Source: a virus
Length of the DNA stretch: 64,000 bases
Strand: one strand, 5' to 3'
Virus record (IMG/VR): IMGVR_UViG_3300029288_006769
Coordinates: 346,367-410,366 of that record
In this document: positions 30,796 through 40,204 of the stretch, piece by piece
Position numbering within the stretch: position 1 is the first letter of the stretch
How the letters are laid out: every line of letters starts with the position of its first letter
The notes under the pieces: model-generated
Seen by the model: the letters and a program-made list of their open reading frames with translations, nothing else
Database searches by the model: none
What the model was told of the DNA's origin: nothing
Translations under genes and position numbers: made by a program

Positions 30796-30966
30796 TTATT
30801 TAAATTCTTGTATATGTAATGAGAGGAGTTCAGCTACAAAAGCTAAAGTTTGCTTTTCTTTAGGTGTGAATTTAAATCGTTCTATTTTATCGCCTTCGAT
30901 AATATTTTCTATATTTTGTAAGGCTGTCTCAAAATCTTGTTTTTTCTCAGATAACTTTTCGCTCAT
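30796..30966 (-). CDS. Hypothetical protein
   Basis: Short ORF starting MSEKLSEK. Confidence 0.5.
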   Translation of the reverse strand: MSEKLSEKKQDFETALQNIENIIEGDKIERFKFTPKEKQTLAFVAELLSLHIQEFK

Positions 30967-30967
30967 G

Positions 30968-31114
30968 TCACCCTTCTTGCATATCAACTAGTTTTGTTTC
31001 TTTATCGCCACACTTCTTACAAATAAAGACCTGCATTATCTTATGCAAGTCTTCACCAAAATTCTTACTTTCAACATCAAAATCTATCGAGCCGCATTTT
31101 TTGCAAGCGTTCAT
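30968..31114 (-). CDS. Small Zn-ribbon protein (48 aa, not in ORF track)
   Basis: MNACKKCG..ICKKCG with AAGGAG RBS. Confidence 0.55.
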   Translation of the reverse strand: MNACKKCGSIDFDVESKNFGEDLHKIMQVFICKKCGDKETKLVDMQEG

Positions 31115-31242
31115 TTTTATTAATCTCCTTTAATTTATTTCTATAAAAAGGAGCAATAAAAACACTAAAAAAACAAGTCTTTTGTTTATTAATAAGAATG
31201 AGAAAAGAGAACTACGTGATGTCTGGTGAGAAAAATAATTTG

Positions 31243-31775
31243 TCAGTCTACTTCAATATCCTGATCAACTAATTTTTTAACTTCTGCAAATTCATGTTGA
31301 TCAAACCCTTTAAGCCTTGCAGTCCAATTAGGATTGTCGGGGAGACAATCCATAACATGTGCTACAGTTTCAAAACTTACTGGAGTAAAATTGTTACTGT
31401 CAACACCTACATCAAAAGATTTTCCAAAGGGCTCGAGCATACCGTGCGAGTGTCCGTATAAATGCCAAACACGCATTGCAAAATGAGATAGAACAATAGT
31501 TTTCTTTTCAATTTTAATTATATGTAAGTCATAAACTTTATCAAAAACACTACAATCATATCTATAATCATGATTCCCTACAATCAGCTCGATCCGGCCC
31601 TTCAATCTCTTTCTATAATGATAAGGGTTCTTAAAGGAGAAATCCCCAAGATGATAGACTGTGTCGCGCTCACCAACTACATTGTTCCAATTATTTATTA
31701 TTGTTTCAAAGGACGATCGCAATAATGTATAATTTTTGAATGACCAAGATGCGTGTCGGAAGTAAAGAAAATCAT
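31243..31775 (-). pseudogene. Calcineurin-like metallophosphoesterase, frameshifted
   Basis: MIFFTSDTHLGH (DxH) from ATG 31775 stops after 25 aa; HLGD, GNHD and GHSH motifs lie in the -1 frame. Confidence 0.7.
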
Positions 31776-34462
31776 TGTAGGAGTTCTCTATTTTCTATTA
31801 AGACTTTCTCATATAATTTTTCACCTAAAATGTCTCGAGCAAGAAGTTGCTTTTGTTTGAAATCTAGTATAGTACAAATACCTTCTTCAAATAACTTTCT
31901 TACTCTTACTCCGCCAATACCCCTCAGAGAACAAAGTTCGGTTTGTTTATCCGTAATTTCGTATTCTATTCTTAATTGAAGTTTTCTCCAAAAATCAGAT
32001 CTGTTCCAATGTGCATGCATTTTGTCTATCATATCTAAAGCAGTACACATGCGCTCAGCATCAAACTTGACCTGACGTTTTTGATGTTCTCCCAGTTCTT
32101 CTGAAAAAGTCAAACAAGCATAGAAAGCTACTCCAATTGTACCACAACTTTCTGAAATAATTAAGTTTCTATTTCTACATGATGCTACAAATTCTTTTAC
32201 AAGATCCTGCATTTCTTTCCCAGCAAAAACATCAGTGTTGTCAGGTATATTTGCTAGAGCCCAACTTATAGCATAATCGTCAAGTTTATTCTCAACAAAA
32301 AGCCGATTGAAATTAAAATACCAACTTGAGATAGAATATGGGCTATAATATAAGTAAGCAGCAACACGTCCTAGTTTTGTTACCTTATAGTTGTTTCCAA
32401 CTTTTTCAATAACTTTTATTCTTTCTAATTTTGAGAGCAAATTTTCAGCATCACACCTATCAAGAAAATTGCTTTGAAAAGCTGCAAGACTTCTATTATA
32501 CCAATCCATCAAAGTTGATATATCATAAACGTTATTCTCAGAAATTTCAGAAATTATATGAAATGCAAGAACATCTTGGTCGTTCATTGTCGATAGAATT
32601 GGAGGAATGTTTTCACACCAACTTTTATATCTCATGAATTTATTTTGAGGAAGAAGTACATGAGCATCACCTTTAGGATCAAGCCCGACACGACCTGACC
32701 GTCCTACCATTTGTTTTATATCCAAAGGTTCGACTTCTTGTATTCCTCTATGAACACCTACGACAACACATCTTCTGCAAGGTAAATTAATTCCCCAAGC
32801 AAGGGTAGATGTTGCAACTATAATTCGTATCCCATTTTTATCTTTAAACTCATTAGGAATTCGTACTCTATCTTCGAGAGTAAGTTCCGAATTATGGAGT
32901 TCTACTTTTTCACCCATATCTTTTAACATGGTAAAAATTGATCTACCCATATTTTTTGAATGAACAAAAACAATGAATTTATCTTCTTTAAATTGTTGTG
33001 TAACAGCAATTGCTTTATTCATTTTGTTTTTTTCAACAGATTGATATTTCCCATAATCATCATACGGTTCATAATGGATATCAAGTTGACAAGGCCTGTA
33101 ATCCGAATTTATCAATTCTGATTTTTTGCCATTCAGACTAGAAAGCCAACGCGCAAGTTCATCAACATTCGGCATTGTAGCAGAAAGAAAAATAACGCGA
33201 CAGGAAGGATTCTGTTTTGTAAAACGCATTATTGCGCTCTCAGCTTTATCTCCTCTCCCTTTTACGCATAAAAGATGAGATTCATCTTGAACAATAGTTC
33301 CTGCCTCTAATAACCAATTGTTTTTTTCTATTGCAATTCTTCGAGTACGACTGTCAAGCATTTCGGTTGTCATTATAATTATATGTGCATTGTTGAGTTC
33401 TTCAACGCGTTTTTCTGTAAGCTGATAATCTCCTGTAACAATACTCACATTTAATTTTGACCATCCATGATTTGGATTTGTCCAGTCTTCATATTTCTCT
33501 TGTGAAACTGCTTTCAAAGGAGAAAGAAAAATTGCTTTCCTGCCCTTAGCAATAGAATCGCTCATGAACATTTCAGCAACAGTAGTTTTTCCAGCAGAAG
33601 TAGCAGCAGCAACTACACAATTGACATCCTGATTATAATATGCAAAAACTTCAGATTGAACTGGATTAAAAAATTCAAATTTGAAATTCAAATATGGAAA
33701 ATTTGATGTCGGTACAAGTTCAATGTTTTTCTTTGTTTTGAGTTGTATTGAAGATTGTTCTTGCTTTTGTATAAAATTTTGTTTTGGAAATTCTATCTTC
33801 ATTTGTTCAGATTCATCAGTTTCTTCAACGCCTTGAGCATAAATTTCGACATTTCTTACCTGTCTTGTCCCTGTGCAACCTGTTACAAAAAATTGAGTAC
33901 ACCCATAAAATTCGCCTTTTCTTCCATTACGTTTTTTCATGGGAGCATCACATTCAGGACAATGAACAGCAGGCTCATTTTCTTGAGGGTCTGTAATTGT
34001 TTTGGGTATGTTTATGTGTCCTGTCAAGGACATTGAAGTTTTGCAATTGGGATATGACAAACAGCCATAAAATTGGCCCCTGATCCCTTCTCTAAGAACC
34101 ATTACGCTTCCGCAAGACTTACAAAACTTTAAATTTGTAATTTCTTGTTTGAACTCATCAAGTTTTTCTTTAAGACGTTCTTTCCAATTCGACATCCGAT
34201 GTGTTCTTTTAGCTTTATCTATGGGTTTTGAACTTTTTTTATCCAGCAGAACACATCGAATTGCATCTTCACCAAGAGACCGTGAAGTGCCTGCAAATTT
34301 ATCTATCGAGGAATAGATACGAACAAAAATTGTTGGATTTTGTGTTTTTAAATCATAAATAATTTCATTAGAAGCTAGTTCATCTGCTTCAGAATAAATC
34401 CCATAACTTCTAAGAAAATCTTCGAAATTCTCTTTTAATATCATAACTGATGTTGAAGTCAT
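31772..34462 (-). CDS. Ski2/Hel308-like SF2 helicase with N-terminal topoisomerase-type Zn ribbons
   Basis: TSAGKT, DESH, SAT, STLAWGINLP, QMVGRSGR, C-terminal HhH; two CxxC..GxFYGC ribbons. Confidence 0.9.
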   Translation of the reverse strand: MTSTSVMILKENFEDFLRSYGIYSEADELASNEIIYDLKTQNPTIFVRIYSSIDKFAGTSRSLGEDAIRCVLLDKKSSKPIDKAKRTHRMSNWKERLKEKLDEFKQEITNLKFCKSCGSVMVLREGIRGQFYGCLSYPNCKTSMSLTGHINIPKTITDPQENEPAVHCPECDAPMKKRNGRKGEFYGCTQFFVTGCTGTRQVRNVEIYAQGVEETDESEQMKIEFPKQNFIQKQEQSSIQLKTKKNIELVPTSNFPYLNFKFEFFNPVQSEVFAYYNQDVNCVVAAATSAGKTTVAEMFMSDSIAKGRKAIFLSPLKAVSQEKYEDWTNPNHGWSKLNVSIVTGDYQLTEKRVEELNNAHIIIMTTEMLDSRTRRIAIEKNNWLLEAGTIVQDESHLLCVKGRGDKAESAIMRFTKQNPSCRVIFLSATMPNVDELARWLSSLNGKKSELINSDYRPCQLDIHYEPYDDYGKYQSVEKNKMNKAIAVTQQFKEDKFIVFVHSKNMGRSIFTMLKDMGEKVELHNSELTLEDRVRIPNEFKDKNGIRIIVATSTLAWGINLPCRRCVVVGVHRGIQEVEPLDIKQMVGRSGRVGLDPKGDAHVLLPQNKFMRYKSWCENIPPILSTMNDQDVLAFHIISEISENNVYDISTLMDWYNRSLAAFQSNFLDRCDAENLLSKLERIKVIEKVGNNYKVTKLGRVAAYLYYSPYSISSWYFNFNRLFVENKLDDYAISWALANIPDNTDVFAGKEMQDLVKEFVASCRNRNLIISESCGTIGVAFYACLTFSEELGEHQKRQVKFDAERMCTALDMIDKMHAHWNRSDFWRKLQLRIEYEITDKQTELCSLRGIGGVRVRKLFEEGICTILDFKQKQLLARDILGEKLYEKVLIENRELLQ

Positions 34463-34511
34463 TATTCTCTCCTAAGTACTATTTATATCTAAATAATTTA
34501 TAAAGTATGCC

Positions 34512-34554
34512 AAAAACAAAAAGCCCCTGGAAGTTATTCTTCCAAGGGCCTTTT
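34512..34554 (-). terminator. Rho-independent terminator
   Basis: GGCCCTTGGAAG..CTTCCAGGGGCT followed by T-run. Confidence 0.65.
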
Positions 34555-34567
34555 AAAATCCAACTTT

Positions 34568-34828
34568 TTAATAATCGAATCTAGCAAGTTCTTTCAATAA
34601 TTCAGGTTTTGTTTGTTCACTTGACAAAATTTCTTGTGCAAAATCAATTTCAGCACCATCTTTTAAATACTCAAATGCTAGAATTGTACGAAGTTCTTTT
34701 AAAGAAAGAGTTCCAACATTCTTATTTCCAAGTTTTTTCTTAATCTTATTATACTCTTGTTCTAAACTACGAAGATCAAAATTACATATTTTAAGAATTT
34801 CTGATGCAACTCTTTCTACATTTTTCAT
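34568..34828 (-). CDS. Hypothetical protein
   Basis: 86 aa, N-terminal RVASEIL motif. Confidence 0.6.
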   Translation of the reverse strand: MKNVERVASEILKICNFDLRSLEQEYNKIKKKLGNKNVGTLSLKELRTILAFEYLKDGAEIDFAQEILSSEQTKPELLKELARFDY

Positions 34829-35343
34829 TCTTTAGCCTCAGGTTCTGCTTTTTGTTTTTCTTGAACTTCTTTTTTTTCTTGCTGAGCATTGAATGTGTTG
34901 TAAAGACGTCTGTCGACACTCAATAAACGTTTAAAAGCTGGAACTCCATTTACAACACCAAAATTCAAAATTTCTTTTAACAACCGAACAGCAGGATATC
35001 TGTCAACCATAGAACTATATCGCATCATAATTCTTCTAAGTTCCATAAGAAATTGTGCAACATCACCTACTGTTCTTTTTTCGGCACCTTTTTCTAAAGA
35101 CATTAAAATTGTATTTCTTGGTTTTCTAATTCTGGGATTGTCGATCAAAGGTGTAATTTTTGAAAGAATTTCATCATTACCTTTACTTGCAAGAAATTTT
35201 CTTAAAAAAGTAGAATAAACCTGAAATTCTTTTGAAATTTTCTTTTCCGCTGCAAGATCAGTTTCAGGTTTTTTTGTTTCAGCTTCAAGTTCTAAAGCAG
35301 CAGTTTTTATTACATTTGCATAATTTAATAATTGGTTTTGCAT
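34825..35343 (-). CDS. Hypothetical protein
   Basis: 172 aa, AGGAGG RBS. Confidence 0.65.
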   Translation of the reverse strand: MQNQLLNYANVIKTAALELEAETKKPETDLAAEKKISKEFQVYSTFLRKFLASKGNDEILSKITPLIDNPRIRKPRNTILMSLEKGAEKRTVGDVAQFLMELRRIMMRYSSMVDRYPAVRLLKEILNFGVVNGVPAFKRLLSVDRRLYNTFNAQQEKKEVQEKQKAEPEAKE

Positions 35344-35597
35344 GTATCCTCCTTAATTTTTTCAAATTCAGATAAAATTCTGTGTTGAATGTTTTTTCTA
35401 AAATCTGTATTGAGTGGATGTACAAGATCTTTAAATTTATCACCCACTCTTTTTGATGGCATTGCTATAAAAATACCTTTTTTCCCATCAAGAATTTTTA
35501 TTCCATGTACCACAAGTATGTCATCTAAAGTGATGCTCACATAAGCTCTTACTTTTTTATCATCGGAAATAGTGACACGTACTTCTGTTATTTCCAT
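35325..35597 (-). CDS. spoVG: SpoVG family protein
   Basis: MEITEVRV..AYVSITLD..VHGIKI..GIFIAMPS..FKDLVHPLN. Confidence 0.92.
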   Translation of the reverse strand: MEITEVRVTISDDKKVRAYVSITLDDILVVHGIKILDGKKGIFIAMPSKRVGDKFKDLVHPLNTDFRKNIQHRILSEFEKIKEDTCKTNY

Positions 35598-35612
35598 GAC
35601 ACGTATGGCGAG

Positions 35613-35628
35613 ATAAATACTTTAGAAA
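35613..35628 (-). promoter_or_regulatory. Recurrent upstream motif (candidate late promoter)
   Basis: TTTCTAAAGTATTTAT, 15 nt before spoVG ATG. Confidence 0.45.
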
Positions 35629-35660
35629 ACTGTTTTGATCTTGCGCTTGCTAGAGCAAGA

Positions 35661-36194
35661 TCAAATACTAAAACCAGTAATAAGTACTTCACCTGTCTTT
35701 TTATTAATACGATATTCCCGACGATAAACAGGAAGGTTGAGTTGTTGTTCACCTAAAGGAGTAAGAAAGATGACTTCTTGATTTGAAGAGCCTTTCCACT
35801 GCGACTCACATTTTTTTTCTGAATCAAAGGGCCCCGAGCAAAGCATATCTATGGTGGTTAAAATTTTACTAAATTTTTCTTTGATTTTTGGAAAAGTATA
35901 ACCTGAGCACAAAAAAATGCTTTTTTTTCCGAAAATCATTTCTGACAATGCAAATATCGAATCATATTGGTCTAAAGGTTCTCCACCCGTAATAGTCAAA
36001 CCTAAGGACGAAGATTTTAAAATAGAAGATGCAAGTTCTTCTATTTCTATAGAAGTTCCTGCATTGAAATCCCATGTATCTGTGTTGATACAATCTTTGC
36101 AATGGATACTGCAACCTTGGACCCAAATTGTGAAGCGATCTCCCGGCCCTTGTACATGACTTTTTTCAATAATGTGATTTAATTTTAAATTCAT
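35661..36194 (-). CDS. Radical SAM, NrdG-like activating enzyme
   Basis: GPGDRFTIWVQGCSIHCKDC, TGGEPLDQ, GSSNQ. Confidence 0.85.
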   Translation of the reverse strand: MNLKLNHIIEKSHVQGPGDRFTIWVQGCSIHCKDCINTDTWDFNAGTSIEIEELASSILKSSSLGLTITGGEPLDQYDSIFALSEMIFGKKSIFLCSGYTFPKIKEKFSKILTTIDMLCSGPFDSEKKCESQWKGSSNQEVIFLTPLGEQQLNLPVYRREYRINKKTGEVLITGFSI

Positions 36195-36491
36195 CTAATC
36201 TAGAAAACCATCAACTAATTTTAAAATTTCTTCAATGAGTTCTTTTTTCTTCATTATTTTTCTAAAATCTTTGCCCGCCTTATGTGAACCAGGCACGACA
36301 GATTTTATTAGTTCATAATCATTTTTCTTCTTTTTCCAGACATCTAAAGTTACATTGCTTCCACTTATAGTAAAGCAAGGCTCTTCATCATGTTCTGATT
36401 TTGATTGCACAATTTGTTCTGCAATAAAACTTTCAAATCCTTGTGTTTTATTTAAAACCTCATCGGCAATTGTTTTTACAGACTTTTTCAT
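36195..36491 (-). CDS. Hypothetical protein
   Basis: 98 aa, N-terminal TIADEVL motif. Confidence 0.6.
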   Translation of the reverse strand: MKKSVKTIADEVLNKTQGFESFIAEQIVQSKSEHDEEPCFTISGSNVTLDVWKKKKNDYELIKSVVPGSHKAGKDFRKIMKKKELIEEILKLVDGFLD

Positions 36492-36874
36492 ATCACCATT
36501 TTTTCAAGAATCCTGATGGGAACTTCAGCCATAATTGAAACCACTGTTGTATCAATATGCGCCTCGACATTTTCAACAGACTGATTTGGATAAATCCTGT
36601 CAAACCAAACTTTAGCTTTATCTTCAGTTCTATCGGGTATTATCTCTTTGACAATACCATTAGAATTTTCAGCAAAAGCACTAAAAGGTTCCGTGAGTCT
36701 AACTCTGTCTCCAATTACAATTTCTATATCATAAACATAACTTGTTGACTCAATATTTAAACGCACAGGCTGATCTAGAACTGTAAATTCTATTGTTCCT
36801 CTGCTACTATCTTCAATAACTAGTTTTGCAGAACTTACAGTTATAGAGATAGGATCAGTTAGAATGACATCCAT
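36488..36874 (-). CDS. Hypothetical protein
   Basis: 128 aa, coupled to neighbours. Confidence 0.6.
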   Translation of the reverse strand: MDVILTDPISITVSSAKLVIEDSSRGTIEFTVLDQPVRLNIESTSYVYDIEIVIGDRVRLTEPFSAFAENSNGIVKEIIPDRTEDKAKVWFDRIYPNQSVENVEAHIDTTVVSIMAEVPIRILEKMVI

Positions 36875-37125
36875 TATCTCAAACTACCAGGACGTCTTTC
36901 GCCATCAGCAATATTCAAATTCTTGTTGTCTCTCAATCCACCAAGAATACCCATATTATAAGTGAACACAAGATTTGTAGTTTCTACAATTTTATAAATA
37001 CTATGGGGAACTTGTGACAAAGGACCTGTTTTAGCACCAGTTACTGGATTGAGATCGTTGATTTCGAAAAGTTCTTTAGGCGATGCAACACCGGCATCAT
37101 ATGTAACTTTTTGACGAATACCCAT
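36874..37125 (-). CDS. Hypothetical protein
   Basis: Start MGIRQK at 37125 with AGGAGG RBS. Confidence 0.6.
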   Translation of the reverse strand: MGIRQKVTYDAGVASPKELFEINDLNPVTGAKTGPLSQVPHSIYKIVETTNLVFTYNMGILGGLRDNKNLNIADGERRPGSLR

Positions 37126-37172
37126 TTTATCCTCCTTAAAGGTTTTGGCAAAAACTTTTAAAGAAGACACAG

Positions 37173-37188
37173 ATAAAAACTATAGAAA
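37173..37188 (-). promoter_or_regulatory. Recurrent upstream motif (candidate late promoter)
   Basis: TTTCTATAGTTTTTAT upstream of 37125. Confidence 0.5.
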
Positions 37189-37189
37189 A

Positions 37190-37879
37190 TCAAATACTTT
37201 TGCTAACTGTGCTCAACAAATTTCTTACATTTCCTATTTTTAATTCTTCAAGAAATTGTCGCTCTTTTATAATACGTTTTTCTGATTTTAACCAGATTCT
37301 TTCTAAAATTATTCCTTTAGAATATTTTAAAAAAGAAGCCATTCCTACACTATGAGTGTCCTTTTCTAAAAAGTAACACCACAACTTAGTTTCGCCTGTC
37401 ATAGATTCATAAAATAAATCTTTTCTTGAAAGCGTATAAGTTGTACCCTCAAAAACAAACGATTTTAATCCTACACAATTCATTTTGTATTCGACATCCG
37501 AATATACATCCTTTGCTCTTGAAACAAAAAAATCATAAGTATCTTTATTAAAAAGCAGAGAATGTGATAAATTTATAAGACGTATTTGTTCCATTCTATC
37601 AGAACAAATTTTGCAATCACGTAAATGCTCGAGCAACATTGTTCGTTGTTCTTCTGGTACATAAGACAAATTCTTTTCTTTAGACTCGTTATCCGAATCT
37701 TCTACGAGCATCTCTAAAAAAGGATTTGTTATATGACCAAACTCAAAAAGATAAGAAACTATTTTTTGTTCTGTCTTGCAACGAGGACAGATTACGACAA
37801 ATTCTTCTTTTATATTGTTCCAAGTGTTTCTATCGACATCATTAATAGAAAGTAAAGTTTTACAAGTATTACATCTCAT
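37190..37879 (-). CDS. Hypothetical Zn-binding protein
   Basis: CNTC..CPRC and HLRDCKIC (anti-sigma-type HxxxCxxC). Confidence 0.6.
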   Translation of the reverse strand: MRCNTCKTLLSINDVDRNTWNNIKEEFVVICPRCKTEQKIVSYLFEFGHITNPFLEMLVEDSDNESKEKNLSYVPEEQRTMLLEHLRDCKICSDRMEQIRLINLSHSLLFNKDTYDFFVSRAKDVYSDVEYKMNCVGLKSFVFEGTTYTLSRKDLFYESMTGETKLWCYFLEKDTHSVGMASFLKYSKGIILERIWLKSEKRIIKERQFLEELKIGNVRNLLSTVSKSI

Positions 37880-38514
37880 TATTTCACCATATATTTTTTT
37901 TGAAATTCAATCTTAAATTGTCTTGCTTCTTCTTGAGAACCGATTTTAGAATCGACAAGTTTTACAGGTCTTCTTTCTTTTGATTTTGTATAAGGCGAAC
38001 CGCTACCACCATTATGGTATTTTATTGCATTTTCTAAATTTATTGTTACACCACAATAAAATGTCAGATCCTTGCATTGTAGGACATAAGCAGTATATTG
38101 TGGTTCTTGTTGCTCGATTTGAATAGGAGTTTCAAAATTAGATTGTTGTTTAGATTGCTCAGGTTGTTTTTTTATTTCAATAACTTCTTCACTTATTTTT
38201 GGCAATTCAGCTTTTTCAGTCTTTAATTCAACTGGCTCGACTACAGGCTCTACAATAGGAAAATCAAATTTTGAAATATCACATTTTATTGAAAGAAGCG
38301 AAACGCATTTTCTACAAACCAAAATACTTGGTGTGACCTTTAAAATCTTAAAACCCACATCATGCTGTTTATACGGTTCAGGACATCCTCTTGAACAATA
38401 TAAATATTTTTTAAGTCTTCCTGAATCATCTGTGTAAAAAAATTCTTTCATAATTTGATTAATGTCGAAACCGACTCCCAAGCTTTTTGTTTTAAAAGCA
38501 AACCATTTCCCCAA
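37879..38514 (-). CDS. Protein with C-terminal GIY-YIG nuclease domain
   Basis: YTAYVLQCKDLTFYCGVT..HNGG.GSPYTK..RRPVKLV. Confidence 0.75.
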   Translation of the reverse strand: MGKWFAFKTKSLGVGFDINQIMKEFFYTDDSGRLKKYLYCSRGCPEPYKQHDVGFKILKVTPSILVCRKCVSLLSIKCDISKFDFPIVEPVVEPVELKTEKAELPKISEEVIEIKKQPEQSKQQSNFETPIQIEQQEPQYTAYVLQCKDLTFYCGVTINLENAIKYHNGGSGSPYTKSKERRPVKLVDSKIGSQEEARQFKIEFQKKYMVK

Positions 38515-39371
38515 AATAGGGATTCTAAATGATTTGAAATTTTTTCTGAATGACTTGAACCTTTTGACAATCTTTCATAATCGATGTAATTTACGACAGA
38601 ACAAAACCATGACCAAGCAGAAGTAGAGTTAGAAAATTTTTTGCTTTCAAAATTGTGTTGTTGTCTGATTTTTTCTAAATTGTTTTTTGTTCTCGTTGAT
38701 TCAAGGCTATACGTCGAAAAAACGCTTTCAATAAACATTTCAATTTTTTTTGTATCGAAAACAGATTTATATAATTTTAAAATCGACTCCTCAAATTTTT
38801 GATAAAATCTGTCAGCTAAATCGAATATTTTTTTTGAATCGTCTATTCGTTGATAGACTTTGCCTACATGACGTAATGCTATTCCTTGTTCAACTCTTTT
38901 CCCAAAAGAAATATTCAATAAAGTTTGAGTAGATTTTCTTATAGGCAAAAAATAAGCTCGAATCGCTCCTCTACCATCATGAGCATTTGAAAAAAGAATA
39001 AATTTCTCTATTACATCTTTTGATGGTAATGTTATTTCATCATTTAATTTTATAAGCAACCAAATTTTTTCACCTTTTCCTATAAAACCAGCTGCATGAA
39101 ATGAAGCAGAACCATTCTGTATTGATTTATCTAAAAAAGAAAAAACATTTATATTCTGAATGCTCTTATAAGACGAATTGACAATTCCTAGAACATCATT
39201 CGTATCTGTTCGTACAATTGCAACTTTTCCATCAATTTTCTGTCCATCAACAACTTGAATTCTTTTTGATTCTACTGTCCAATTCAACTTTGCTTTTTGC
39301 ATTGCATTAGCTGATGTTTTTGTTGTCTTGGGCAGTGTAATCCCAAACTCTCCCCAAATTTTTCTAGACAT
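38448..39371 (-). CDS. DUF932 family phage/plasmid protein
   Basis: AKLNWTV..RTDT..LGIV..Y..IQN..GEKIW..NAHDG..LRH pattern. Confidence 0.8.
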   Translation of the reverse strand: MSRKIWGEFGITLPKTTKTSANAMQKAKLNWTVESKRIQVVDGQKIDGKVAIVRTDTNDVLGIVNSSYKSIQNINVFSFLDKSIQNGSASFHAAGFIGKGEKIWLLIKLNDEITLPSKDVIEKFILFSNAHDGRGAIRAYFLPIRKSTQTLLNISFGKRVEQGIALRHVGKVYQRIDDSKKIFDLADRFYQKFEESILKLYKSVFDTKKIEMFIESVFSTYSLESTRTKNNLEKIRQQHNFESKKFSNSTSAWSWFCSVVNYIDYERLSKGSSHSEKISNHLESLFWGNGLLLKQKAWESVSTLIKL

Positions 39372-39431
39372 AAAAACTCCATCTTATCTAAATTTGCTTA
39401 ATAATATTATAAAGAAATCCAAACAAGTGTT

Positions 39432-39572
39432 TCATTGTTCAAAATTAATTTCATCATCAGCAAATAATTCTTCTTCATCCAAAATGCTATCTGTTCCCTC
39501 GAATTCGTCATCATTGTCATTGATGTCATCATCGTTAAATAGAATTTTATAAATATCATCGTCTTCTGTCAT
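39432..39572 (-). CDS. Very acidic 46 aa protein (not in ORF track)
   Basis: AGAGGA RBS; 21 of 46 residues are D/E. Confidence 0.55.
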   Translation of the reverse strand: MTEDDDIYKILFNDDDINDNDDEFEGTDSILDEEELFADDEINFEQ

Positions 39573-39678
39573 ATTTTCCTCTTTCTAAAAACTGTGTTTT
39601 ATTTTCACAAGATATAACGTTTAGAAAATTTTCCCTTTTTAGCTTTTAAATTGTAGGATTTAACAAAGGAGGATCAAG

Positions 39679-39861
39679 ATGAAAAAAGATTTAATTTATG
39701 TTACGACCTGCGAAAACTGTATTCATTCAGATTTCTGTTGTATATTAAATTCTTACACTTGCAATAATTTTATTCCCACCATTGATTCTAATTATAGATA
39801 TGTACTAGATCCAAATTTATTTGAAATAGAAAAACAAAATTTTGCATTGTATTTATTATGA
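39679..39861 (+). CDS. Hypothetical Cys-rich protein
   Basis: AGGAGG RBS, 60 aa. Confidence 0.6.
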   Translation: MKKDLIYVTTCENCIHSDFCCILNSYTCNNFIPTIDSNYRYVLDPNLFEIEKQNFALYLL

Positions 39862-39902
39862 TCGAAAATTAGAAAATTAAATTAAATCTAATTGAAGATT
39901 AT

Positions 39903-40172
39903 ATGACACATATTAAAGATATTAATGCTCTACGCACATCTTGTTCCTACACTGGAGCTTTTTTAGACCCTTTCAGTGAACAAAAACTTATCCCATTAAA
40001 AAAGAAACTTGTCAAAAAAGCAATAAAACAATACAAAAATGTAACGGCTTGTAGCCCATTCTGTTTTCAGCTTCATGAACAAAAACTTCTCTTCTGGTTC
40101 AACCATAACGAAACTACTAAAACTTTATCCCATACAATCAAAGCTTCTATAGTTTCATCTATAACTTTTTAG
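39903..40172 (+). CDS. Hypothetical protein
   Basis: 89 aa ORF. Confidence 0.5.
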   Translation: MTHIKDINALRTSCSYTGAFLDPFSEQKLIPLKKKLVKKAIKQYKNVTACSPFCFQLHEQKLLFWFNHNETTKTLSHTIKASIVSSITF

Positions 40173-40204
40173 TTCTTTCCAATTCAAATAATTAAAAATG
40201 CTTT

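Noticed and set aside
14647-34462. Inteins or group I introns in terminase, RNR or helicase
   Set aside because: The ORFs are continuous with normal motif spacing and show no intein C..HN or LAGLIDADG signatures.
35661-36194. Complete class III RNR system
   Set aside because: Only an NrdG-like activase is present; there is no NrdD in this window.
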